A stretch of 50,650 nt of DNA, counting the filler, from Streblomastix strix (lineage: Eukaryota): NCBI GenBank assembly GCA_008636045.1. It is 2 parts of 2 records of this genome, joined end to end, with 100 filler letters (N's around TTAATTAATTAA, not from the genome) between each part and the next. Parts side by side here need not be neighbours in the genome. Positions count along the whole stretch, not along the records: positions 25,394 to 50,650 come from SNRW01000204.1; 1 more part is not named here. One strand, given 5' to 3'. Each line of letters starts with the position of its first letter. Position 1 is the first letter of the stretch. Shown piece by piece: positions 35,165 to 47,284 of this stretch. The position numbers and the translations under genes are program-made. A model generated the notes under the pieces. The model was not told where the DNA came from, ran no database searches, and saw nothing but the letters and a program-made list of their open reading frames with translations.

Positions 35165-36058
35165 ATGAAAACGACAAAAAAAAGCATAGAAAGGAAAGAA
35201 AGCTATTACAACTAGACCAATAAGTCCTATAGTCAGAAAATCAATCAATGAAAAGTAGAAATAAAACTAAGAACCTGAAAATGATCAAGATTACGAATAA
35301 ATTTAATAAAAGAAATTTAAAAAAATAAATTATCAGCGTCTTAGAACTGATTAATTAGCTATGATACCACAGTTAATGAGATAAAGAGGTCTAAAGGTTA
35401 AGACAAGAATAACATAAAAGGAATAATAGATAATTGAAGATGAAATTCGTCGTACAGATCCTACAATAACAGCTGCTCATGCTCATGCAGGTGTGCTTGC
35501 AATATCTAATTCTGCAGCTAGACGTAGACTTTATGGAGAAGTATTTCCTAATAGCTTGTTATAAGAGCTTTATGAAATTAATATCAGAATAAATAATGAA
35601 AATAAATTTGTAGGGGCGAAAAATATGGAGAAAACTTAGAGATATGAATTAAATATTAAAGTTTGATTAGACAAGCTGTCTATGAATTTATGATTTTGAA
35701 TTCCAGAAGTTACTAAATAGGAATAAAGGAATCATATAATTAATTTTGGATCATGGTTGCAAATATAGAAGGAGAAGGTCAGTAAGTAAATAAACTAGGA
35801 TTTTTCCAGAGGTTTTTTGAAGAAGTTCTTCCAGATTCTGCCATTTATCCGGATGTTCCGCCAGAATATACTATTGCTTAAGAAACTTTTACTGACAGAG
35901 AACGATAATAAATTTAATATGCAATATATTAATTAGATAATCTCAATACGATCTATGAAATTGGAGCTTTAGATTGGTGTAGACTACCAATTAATGATAT
36001 CTATGGTAGATCTCGATTTGAGACATATTAATCAGGCTATTAATATGGCCAATTCCTA
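35165..36058 (+). pseudogene. Basic hypothetical protein of the second Polinton-like family (possible DNA-binding core protein), degraded and truncated
   Basis: MKTTKKAQKGKKAITTRP...RRTDPTITAAHAHAGVLAISNSAARRRLYG...GALDWCRLPINDIYGR; paralogue at 25394-25671. Confidence 0.5.
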
Positions 36059-36460
36059 TTTAAACCATCATTTTACTAACAATTTTAACTAATGCACTAT
36101 TTTCTTGAATATATATTTTATTATACCAATTGTTATGTTAAATATATTTTATTTATAGATCCAAATCACCTCAAGCTTCATGCTTTTCCAACTTTACTTT
36201 TTTTCTTACTTTTATAACACTATTTTCCCATTATTTAATGATATTTTATAACCACATTCTACATCAAGAATCATCTTAATCTACCATTTACTTCAATTCC
36301 ATACTATTATATTTTCAATTTTCATTATTTATAATTATTATCGAAAAATTCCGCAATATTCCTATTTTCATTAGTTTTCACAATATTTATCATAAAATAC
36401 CTTGGATCTATTCATTGCCATCAAAATTGTCAAAATTAACTTCTTCTCTTTCTCTTCTTT
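36059..36460. repeat. Degenerate G-poor non-coding segment resembling the interior of the AGAAGGGA-TIR elements
   Basis: Shares TTTCAATTTTCATTATTT, CCGCAA and TCATAAAATACC with 26100-26240; termini not recognisable. Confidence 0.35.
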
Positions 36461-38144
36461 AATATTCCTCTATATATTCCTGTAATTTCTTCTGCCGCAG
36501 CAGCAAATTAATTGAATTTGCTCTGTTACACAAATTAACGTTATTTTTCGAAATTTAGTCAAGTTTTCACTTTAAATTCATGACGTTCTTACTAATCTTT
36601 ACATTTTTACTATTCAATTTATTATTACCAACTCATTTGGTGATTTAAAGACTAAAAATTTGAAAAATCATGCTGTTAAACAAAATAACTCAAATTTTAA
36701 AAATTAATGCATGACTCCAACACCACTATTTCCCCTCAAAAATTTTCATATTAATGCTTTTGATTCAAAATATGCTATTTTCGTGATCTTACAGCAGCAA
36801 TTAATTTATTCCTCAGTAAACCCGAACAGCTACGTGTTTTTGGAACATAATTATTTTAAAATAAAGTTTTTTAAATGTCCTGTAACACTAATATTAGTCA
36901 TATTTGATAAATCAACATCAAAAAATTATCCACATTCAATTAGCTTAGCATTATTATAAGTACTTATCTTCAAAAAATACTGTTAAATTAGTAAAAAGGT
37001 ATTTTTTCTGAACTAAAATTCATCAAAATTAAAAAATTATTTTTGAGAATGTAAAATAATTATTAATATATTTTTAAATAAAAATTAACTATTTAAAAAT
37101 AATTTAATAAATTAAATAAAAATAAATAAAAAAAAATTATTGAAAAAAAAATAAATTTTAAGTTTAAAAATTAATTTTAAATTAGATTGAAGTTCATGAT
37201 TAAGTACTTTTGGTTTGGTTGAGTACTTTTTCAAACTTATTGATTAGTTTTTGAAATATTTGTAAAATACAAAAAGAACTTACGTAAATATAAAAGAAAT
37301 TATTTAAATAATTATTTAATTAATACTGCACATGTTAAAAAGCAACATGTTTTAAAATAGTTTTAATATATTTCATCGCAGAGTTAATAATTTAGTGCAA
37401 CTTATTTTTTGAAAATTTAACAACAATAATAATAAAAATTAGCACAAAACAATTAAAATATGTTAAAAATTAAGGAAAAAAAATTATTTTGTTCAAAAAA
37501 TTTACAAACTAGTAAATATATATCAATAGAGTATATTTTTATAATTTGTTAATAAAATTACAATTAAATAAATATATTTATCATCAATAATCTTAAACAA
37601 TCGTTAATCAATTCCTATATTTTTTGAAAAAAATTTCTGTTTATATTTTCTATTAATTTACTATATTATTAATTTACATATTAGCTATTGCAGCTTAATG
37701 GTTTTCAGTGAAAGACTTAGTTTGGAATACCCAATTTGAGGCCCCGGTGTGGTAGGTTTTTTATTAAAAATGGATTAAACTGCTCCAATTAAAAAATTTG
37801 AAATTCCTAAATGGAGCAAAAAGCTTGCAAAAAACATTTTGAATCTTTTTTTTTCTTCAGCTAATTCCAATTCTATTTCGTTGATTATAAAATTAAATTA
37901 TATTTATTTATTTTCATTGAAATTCTTGAAAATCTAACTTCATTCCAAAATCCAATAATTCTCTAAAACTTTTCCTTAAATTCCGTTTTTTTCTTATAAT
38001 AAACATAAATATTATTTTCTTTTGTACTTATTTTGTTTTATCTAATATATCTAAAATTAATTATTTAAATTATTGATTTTAATATCTGATATATATGCTA
38101 AATTTTACAATACAAATATATTTTTTCATTTATTCACAAAATAG

Positions 38145-40298
38145 ATGACCGAAGAATCAGTTAGATCTTCAAAAGACACTTCAAATGCAGCAGAATCTAG
38201 GGGAAATGAAATTGTATGAATATTTTCAATTATTTGTTATATTTTGTCGTTTTAAAACAAATTTTAGACAAATATTCCTCAACTCGCAGTTGCCATTCGT
38301 TCTTCTGATAAAAATGTTCAAATTCCTGCATTGAAGAACATTTTAGATATCGTTCTCAGAAGTATGCTAAAATTTTTCTATTATCTTTCAATAATTATAA
38401 AATTTCATATTATTTATTTTTTTTAATTTTTATTTATTTTATATACCTTTTATTTAGATCCAGAAAGTGTAGAAGCATTTCATGAAAATAATATTATTGC
38501 AGATTTGAACAAATTTATTGGAAACTTTGAAGAAGGAGAAGTCTATGTATTTTTTCAATTAATTTATTATTTATTATTAATTTATATAAATATTAATTTA
38601 TTTGAGGTTTTGAGTTCAACAATTCTTCATGTAATTGGAGTAAGATCAAAAGTTGAAGATTCAATTGTTCGTGCCGGAGCAGCAACTGAATCCTTAATTC
38701 AGATTATTCATGTTTGACTGTTATTATTCAATTATTTTATTTTATTTCATTTTATTTTCTAAATTAGTGTCCAATTGAAAAACAATCAAAAGCAGGAAGC
38801 AAAGCACTTTGTGAACTTGTTGAAGAAAATGAAACAATCCGAAATTCTCTTTTGACAACAGGATTCATACAAATTGTTCTACATACACTCACATCTAGAA
38901 CCTAAATTTCAACCTAAAGTTCATCATAATCTTCATTGTCATCTACCATAACTCCATACTTCATAAAAGTTGGATTGTTGAATGTCATATTGAGAATTAC
39001 AGAAGAAGGAGAATAGTTACAATCCCTCGATGTTCTTCTACCTTTATTAAAAGATTTGAAACATAATGGAGAAAATTAATTGAAGAGTAAAGCTAAAAGC
39101 ATTTTATCTTTGCTTAAATTAAAAGAAATAAAACATTCATCAGGAAAAGATAAAAAAAAAGATGAGAAGATAAATGATTTGGAGTAAATAATTAAACATA
39201 AAGATGAAGAAATTAAACAGAAAGATGAAATAATTAAGCAAAAAGAAGCTGAAAAGGATAAACTGACAATTGATCTTTAGAAAGAAAGAGAATAAAAGGA
39301 TAAAATTTCTGATGAGATTCACAAATAAAAAGAAGACAAATAAATGTTCAAAGAGAGAAGAGTATAAAAAGAAGAAGATAATTAGAAATTAAATTTGAAA
39401 GGTGAAAAAAATGAAATAAAAATTGACAAACTTAATAATATTCTTCCAAATGGTTTTATTAATTTATATTTTTGAATTATAATTTTTTATGATAATAAAT
39501 CTTATTTTAAATAGACTTCCCCATATCAATAATCAACAGTGATCCGTAATAATTTGAATTCTCAGACATTGATGGCGTGAAAAAGAAGCTTACTAAGAAA
39601 TTAAGAGATTATGGAACAGTGTCTCTGACACAAGTCCTTGAAAATGGAGTTTGGTAGATGGAAACCGAGTTTTCAAATGGAAGTGAAGGAGTTGCTGGTT
39701 TAAAAACATTATTGATTTATTAAATATATTTATTTATTATTCAGGAATTGGAATTGTGAGAGATTCATATAATATTCCAATTAAAACATGTCCTATAGAC
39801 AACTGCCGTATTTAATTTTAATTTTTATAAATATTTTTAATATTTTTATTCTAATTTTATTTCTCAGACAATTAGCACATTGCTGTGAATGATGGACAGT
39901 TTATTATCAATTTTTATGTTATTATTACCTTTAAATCATTAATATATTGAATAGCAATTGGGATAGAGGTGGTTGCATATTATATAAACGTAAATTAAAT
40001 AAAGGAAACACTAGTTTCATAGACGATCAAATTGTTAAAGCCGAGTTTGATTCAGAGAAAGGAACTCTTACATTCTTTCTTGATGGAGTCTAACAACCAG
40101 TCTATGTTTCTGGGATCAAAGAGAAAGTTCGTTTTGTTGTATGATTTTTCTTTATAACGCAATTTATTTATTATTTATTTAATAATAATTTAGATATGGA
40201 TGTGTTATGACAATTCAACATGTACAATTCGTTATCTGAGGAAACTTGAAGCGCCTTCAACTGTCCACATTCCAAATGAAATTGCAGTCGAATGGTGA
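38145..40298 (+). CDS. Host gene: ARM-like helical region + coiled coil + C-terminal SPRY/B30.2-like domain; 10 exons
   Basis: GT-AG introns 38214-38267, 38362-38457, 38547-38606, 38712-38767, 39453-39514, 39698-39744, 39808-39867, 39899-39954, 40139-40193 give one open code-6 frame with GIGIVRDSY, KGNTSF, IVKAEFDSEKGTLTFFLDGVQQPVYVSGIKEKVRF and AVEW*. Confidence 0.85.
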
Positions 40299-40642
40299 AC
40301 TAAATGAATAATATGAATAAATCATTCAATTACTTATTCAAAATGATTAGAAGATCTCATATCAGATTTCAAACAGTTAAATAAAAAAAATTAAAATCAT
40401 ATTCTAAAATTAAATTAATTAATTCTATAAAAATATTTATTATACATGAATTATCTTGGCTACCAGTAAAATATCTCAATATATTTTTTTTAATATATTA
40501 AATCAAATACACTAACTCTAATGAAAAAACATTAATAAAATAAATCTATGCCAAATAAAAAGTTTAAAAAATAAATAATTAAACTTATTTTAAAAATAAA
40601 TGAGTTTGTTTTTTATAAATCTGACTTTTTTATCTGTAATAA

Positions 40643-42125
40643 ATGTAAAAAATCACAAATGTAAAATGTGAAACTTTAACAAATGAACTTAAAGACCTTT
40701 TAAACGTTGTCATACAAACGGGTGATATTTAACAACCTGAAACACTTGGCTAAAGATTGGATAATGCTTTAGTTGATTTATACAATTATGTTAAATTTCC
40801 AACGAATAATAAATCAGGTCATAAATCAGGTTAAATAGATGATATATCTAAGATTAAAAATTTGGCTGTAGTTGATATAGACTTCCATAAGACGTTAAAT
40901 GACATGTAAAAAGATGAAATACGAAATAAAATTTAATAAGAATTAGCAAGTTATAAAAGACTATTAGGACTCGATTAGATGTGCCATGGCGGTCTTCATA
41001 TATATTGTAATTTGGATGATTATCCATTGAAGCCCAATTCTATTATTAAGGCATTTAAATTTGAAGATTACGAAATATATATATTTGCAGCCATTGTTAA
41101 ATCATTCAAAGATGTAGTTCTTGTTGGCTCAAATGTCAGAAATACAACTGATAAATTATGTAAAATAATAAAATATATCGGCTTAAATGACTTAAAAAGT
41201 AAAACATTCTTGCTTCCATTGTAGATTATGATTGTTTTATTTAGCATTAATTTAATATAAAAGATGGAGGAAGAACGACCATACATAACGAGCGATGGAA
41301 TTGTTAAAATTGAAAAATTGCATGCAGAATTATTAATTAATTGTTTAAAAGGATTGGCAATTCATAACGATGCATAGCCAGTAGAAAAAGAGGCATCGTT
41401 ATTAACATTATTCTCCGGATTAAATGGTTTGATTGATTGCGGATTTAATGAATAAAAAATTGAATATATATGAAAAAATGTATTATTAGAATACAATAAC
41501 AACAAATGCAAGCATTTAATGGACTGAAAAAAATAATAAAATTTCATAATAAAACATATAATGAATAGATAATAAGTCCATATCTTCATAAATAAAATAG
41601 TCTTAAATTATAAGAAACTAAAACAATTAATGTATAATAATTGGACATAAAGGATGATTTTAACATTTTACGAAGTATTTTATTATGAAAAGATAATGAA
41701 AAATAAATAACTGTATGGAATATATTTGAAAAATATTCAAAATTATTCGCATAAAAAGATGTTAAATTCGTTAGTTCTGAACAACATGTTTTCTAACTAT
41801 TTTAAGGATGAAAATACGAAATAGTCGATGTTGTTTGGTACGAATTATTTGAATAATATTTTGAACTAATTAGGGGAACAATTGCTGGATATAACGATTA
41901 AATATTTGAATAATTACTTAATTGGTTTTCATTTATTTTATAAAGTGCAGGAAAATAATCAGAAGCAATATTGGTCCTAAGAGGTGTACAAGGCATCGGT
42001 ATAAATAGATTTACAGATGTATTATGCGAGCTGATCTGAGGTTATAGTTGTCATAATTGCACTAATATCTACGAACAAACTGAAAACTTCAATTCAATCG
42101 TTGAAGGCAAGGTATTGATTATAGC
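40643..42125 (+). pseudogene. Bifunctional Prim-Pol primase fused to D5-like/SF3 helicase, heavily degraded and truncated
   Basis: NLAVVDIDF, CHGGLHIYCN; FQLFQG, LLNWFSFILQ, LVLRGVQGIGINRFTD (decayed Walker A), FNSIVEGKVLII. Confidence 0.75.
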
Positions 42126-42127
42126 TT

Positions 42128-42700
42128 TTGCAAACCAAATTCGTCGCGACTATATATATTCGCAATCTCATATTTCTTAATTATCAAAGGCTACTAAATT
42201 TCTGCCTAAGAATTTGCGCAATTCATATCAGCAGATGCAGATTCTTCACACAATTTCAGCTATAATTAATTATATCTCTTTTTCCATCTTTATATATAAC
42301 CTTCTGAAAATGCATTTCCATAGTCATGCGAAGATCCATGATTATCTTCTTCATTTAGATGCGCAAATAATCTGCCTCCAGCTTACTGGAGAATTGGATC
42401 AGTTATTGCAGCTTTTGGTCTAGCATATCTAAACTAATACAGCCATAACATCAAAGTAATTTCAAGATTTGGATCCAGTCTAGTTCTTTTTCTAATTTTA
42501 TTTTGAGCAAACTTTCTTTTTTCATATTCATTAATAAATTCATTTCTTTTTTTAATATGTCCACTGAAAGTATATACTTTCCGGAATTCTCCTTTTCTAG
42601 CGTTATCCTGCACAGCTTAATTTATCTTTATTTTATCTGAACTTTATTAGTAAATCATACTTTTCTTTAATGGTTTTTATTTATCATTTCCCGATTTTTT
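42128..42700 (-). pseudogene. pogo/Tigger (CENP-B-like) transposase N-terminal fragment
   Basis: PNLEITLMLWLYQFR...AITDPILQQAG...FSEGYIQRWKKRY...KLCEESASAD...NIYSRDEFGL. Confidence 0.75.
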
Positions 42701-43699
42701 CCGTAATGGAGTACTAAAATTTGTCTGTTCTGTTGATTTACTCCATATTTTATTTATTGATCCGCTTCTTCATTCAAATATTTATAACTATAAACTGGAA
42801 TTCATTCCTATTTGAGTATAAATTAATTTATTAGTTCACTAGTTATTAATATTTTATTAAACAATAATTAATATTAATTGATATTAAATATTTTCAATTT
42901 ATTAATTTTATAATATTGATAATTTAAATTAAATTCCTTATGATAATAATACAGACTTGGAATTGATTTATTGATCAATTTATTTACATAAATATACAAT
43001 AACTTTTAAAGGAAAATAAATTTAATTAAAAAATTAATATTTTTCAATTGTAAATAAAAATATATAAATTATATACAATTAATTTATAAAAAATAGTTAA
43101 GAGTTAAATTTTTAATTTAAAAAATAATAGATTATTTCATTAAATATATTAAATACTTAAATTTTTCGTTTTTTAAAAAAAAGGCTTAAATAGTCAATAT
43201 AATTAATATTTTTAAGTAATTTTTTTGTACACATTATAAATATTAGCTATACCTATTAAATAATTGAAAATTTATATAATTTTTTGTTCAATTAAAGAAG
43301 ATTTCGCAACTGTAAATAGAATGCGCTATTTTCAATAATGAATAAAAAAATTTAATAAAAATTTTAAAATATTACAAATTATTCACAATAACGTTCATAA
43401 TCGTAATTCAAATATAAAATTTTATTGAAATAATTTGGTAAAATAATTTCTAAGCTATAATGAAGATATTTTCGATTCATTGAATCAATTCAATAATTTG
43501 TTTATTTAAGAGATTATTTTGGTTCATTTATATTTCTATTTTAGTTAATTATATACAAAACTCTGTAGAAATAAATGTAGTATTTTAAAGAGTACGAATT
43601 GAGTTTAATTCATATGAACGTTTTTGTGAATAATTTGTAATATTTTAAAATTTTTATTAAATTTTTAACTAATTAAAATTATTCTTTGGTACTTATAAT

Positions 43700-45332
43700 A
43701 AAACATGTTTTAATTTTGTTAAAATTTGATGAATCTGCCAAATTTCCATGTGAAATGCATACTTATCCTGTAGGAGTAAAGGAAAAGCTAGCTTTAATAA
43801 TGATCCATTATCTGTATCTAAAATTAATTCAAACAACTCAAATGATACTAATTACGTTATTTAATAAAATTCCAGTTCATTTTCAAACAATTATTATTCA
43901 TCATTTAGTTTTTCAAATATCATAACAGCCATCGAGAAGTTGTCGGACAGATACATTTGCTATACATCAATAACTATTATGAACTTTAGAATTCGTGAAA
44001 GAATAAAATATAATTGCTTCATAAAGTTAATTTGTAAATTTCTAATTTCTGCTTTTTTAAACTAATCAATTTCTATTGTATTTAACTACTTCAGTTTTTT
44101 TTAATGTCATCTTAAATGAAAACAGGCACAAAGCCATCGTATTTTATCACCGTGCGGATATGTTCCATTCTTCAATTTTCATGATTCAGGTATTTATTGA
44201 AGAAAAGTTGAAAGAAAACAAATAATATTTTCCTTAATGAGGAGTTTTTCTTTATATTTAACAGCATGTAGAAAATATAATTAAATTAAATGAGCCCATC
44301 ATGATGAGTGAAAAGCAACTCTTCTTTCAAAAATTGATTAAATAATATTTTAATTGTTTTCAAAATATGTCATATCACCATAACAAATAAAAAAAATTTT
44401 AAATAGGAATATTTTTATTAATTGATTTTTATTTATTGAATACCTTATTAGACAGTATTCGCAATCATTCATTCTTTTTAATTCAATTCTTACTCTCTTT
44501 GATTCATTATACATTTGACACATATTTCAGATTTATGTCCTATTTTTAATTCATCAAAATAATTATCATCGAATAATTACGATGAATTTGGAAGAGATAG
44601 TGTTGAAACTTATACTGAAAGCCCATCTGTGACAAAAGATGTTACATAAATATTGAAATTTAATAATATATTGAAGTTTCTTGTATCATGCCTAATATAT
44701 TATTCTTATGATTAGTTTCCTATAGTAAGATTTAAGACTAATGATCTTTTTCCTTATTTATGAACAATTGTTACTAATATCTAGAAATTTCCATCTTTTC
44801 CACTACTTAAAGTAAATTAAACATGTCTTCTTTATTCGATTAAATCATATTCAAAGAATTTATTTTCTCATTTTCAAAATAACCGAATTATTTCATCTGC
44901 AAGCTCGTATCAATTTATTATTATTATTTCTTCAGGATCTCTTTAAGGGTTTTCCTTCTTAATTTGCATCCTTTTTTCCAAAAGCTTTTTGATTGGGTCA
45001 AATTTCATGAATAGTACATCCTCTAATGCAAAACATAATATAATATCTTCATTGAAATCTTTAATTTCTTATGGAATTTGATTTTGTTACTATTCGAATT
45101 ATAATTCTTTCTAATAATCATGAATATAATTATGTTAAGTTCCGTGTCTAATGTTCTTTATACAGACAACATCATTTTAATTCACAAATTAGCGTTAACG
45201 ATACTTGCGATCTCCGATAGATATTCCATCTTTTTCATGCCGCACAAATGTCTCAAACTCATATTTCTTACCAAACACTGAAAAAATTTTGTTTTTGGAT
45301 ACTTGTAATAATTGAATTTCAAATAATTGCAT
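43700..45332 (-). pseudogene. Heavily degraded hAT-like transposase
   Basis: IKDFNEDIIICFA and VTSFVTDGLSVQVSTL parallel IKEFEKNICQYFA and VSAVSDGLPCQVAAL of the 47285-50520 copy; KIRW corresponds to KTRW; left limit approximate. Confidence 0.55.
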
Positions 45333-46224
45333 GGATGTGCTATATAAAAATAATTTAATTATATTAAATGAAAAATAAATTCAAATTAATGTAAAAAATA
45401 TTTGAATTTGATACAAAACCTTTTTTTCTTTTAATTAAAATTTTATACTTTTTGTTTATTATTCTTGACCACTAGATTCTGATTGTTTTAATCATTTATT
45501 AATTTAATTTTTGTTCGGATTCTTCTGTGTCAGATTGTAGAAAATTTTTATTTCTTCTTCGTTCTCGCTTTTTTTTGCAATTAGTTTATCTTTTATAGAA
45601 TCTTTAATCAGTTTTTACTCTTTTGAATTTAGACTATTGCTTATTTATGAAGCTTATTAATTCAACTCTATATACTTAATCATTTTAAATCTATATTAGA
45701 TTACGATTATGTATTTTGTTTTACTTTTCAGTTTTTTTTACATTAATTGATAATAATGATTAAGTTTTTTGATTTATTTACGTGGTAGTTTTTCTATTTT
45801 TCTTATTCTTATTACCATATAGTAGCTTAGCTTTTAAATGAAAATAAAATTTGTAACTCTAATCTTATTTTAAAAACAAATTTTAACTGGAAAATAAAAC
45901 TATTTTCTAAATTTTCTAAATAGAAAGAAATTCCGCTCATATTTCAGATAAAATGCTAGAACCTTTCCGCAATTTTTTTTCAAAAGTTATTTGAAGAAAT
46001 TTTTATTCGTAGCTTTGTGCTTATACTATTATTTTTTTCACATCAATTATTGTGTTATTAGAATCAATATCAATATCATATTTCTAACCAGCAAATGAAT
46101 ATTAAACTATTCACATTCTTGCAGAAAATCAGCAAAGATAAAAGAATAACTAATCAAAAAAATTTTGGACATATAAAAAATTATTAAATTCAAATGAATT
46201 CATTTAAAAATTAAAATTAATTAA

Positions 46225-46780
46225 ATGTTTAAACACAAATTTTAAAATTATGGCTAATTGTTTGTTCAAAATTGTTAAATAATTAAAGATTAAATCAATG
46301 TTCTTGTATAAACAGGAAATGTAAATAAAAAGTTAAATGATTCAAAAAATGATATACCAAAAATGAAAATAGAAAAGAGAAAGAGGAATCATGAAAAAGA
46401 AGCATAATATTCTCTAGATGAAATTGATGATAATACGAAAAGAAAGCCGAAAAAGCAAAAACAGGACCCGGATGAAGAAAAGGTTGATGAATATGTTTTC
46501 AGTAATTAAGAGGATGAAGAAGAGCTTAAAATAAAGAAAACTATTGAATGGAAAGAAAATAATGAAAAATCCTATAATGTCATAGTTAGGAAAGGAAAAT
46601 TTAATCCGCTTCTATAATTTTTACTAGAAAACAAACCTGTGGATCTTTTTTAAGAAGAAACAGTGACTTCATTCTCTGTAGCCTACCAATTTATGAAGGA
46701 AAATAGACTGATTTATTCTGCGAGAAATAAACTGTTAATTATTCCTGAATAAGACATAAATTTTGAAAAAGATGATTATT
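46225..46780 (+). CDS. Lys/Glu-rich hypothetical protein (3' end uncertain)
   Basis: Open code-6 frame MFKHKFQNYGQLFVQ...KRKPKKQKQDPDEEKVDEY...VRKGKFNPLLQFLLENKP. Confidence 0.3.
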
Positions 46781-47284
46781 TTAAATTTTATTTAAAATAT
46801 AAAAATATAAAATAAATTATATAAAAATTTTACAATTAACTAAGCCAATAGTTCTTGATTTTCTTCTTTAAACAATTAAGTTTTGTCAAGTATATAATAA
46901 TCGTCATATTATACCAATTATTTAATTTCGTCCTATTAGGTAGCGTTATGCACATGTTTTTCAATGAAAAATTTTTTAATTTGGCTTAGACTTTTAAAAA
47001 ATTTAGATATAAATAATATCAAAACTAAATAACATAAACATAGATTAATATTATTCAAAAGTAATAATTTCATATTAGTAATTTATAGTATTGGCTTAAA
47101 GTGCTGTATAAAAAGTTAGAACGCGCATTTTAACATCTTTTGAAAAAATTTGGAGCATTTTATTTTTATTGCACAGTGAAGATTTATAGAATTGGCTAAA
47201 GGTGCTATATAAAATCAGTATCTAATATTTATATGCTATACATTGAATAAATAAACAAATAATATCCATTCGCTTTTAAAATAA

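Noticed and set aside
36460..38140. Very AT-rich stretch with small GC-richer islands (~36490, ~37740)
   Set aside because: No recognisable ORF, RNA gene or repeat; treated as intergenic.
39140..39322. Hydrophobic minus-strand ORF
   Set aside because: Antisense of the coiled-coil exon of the host gene.
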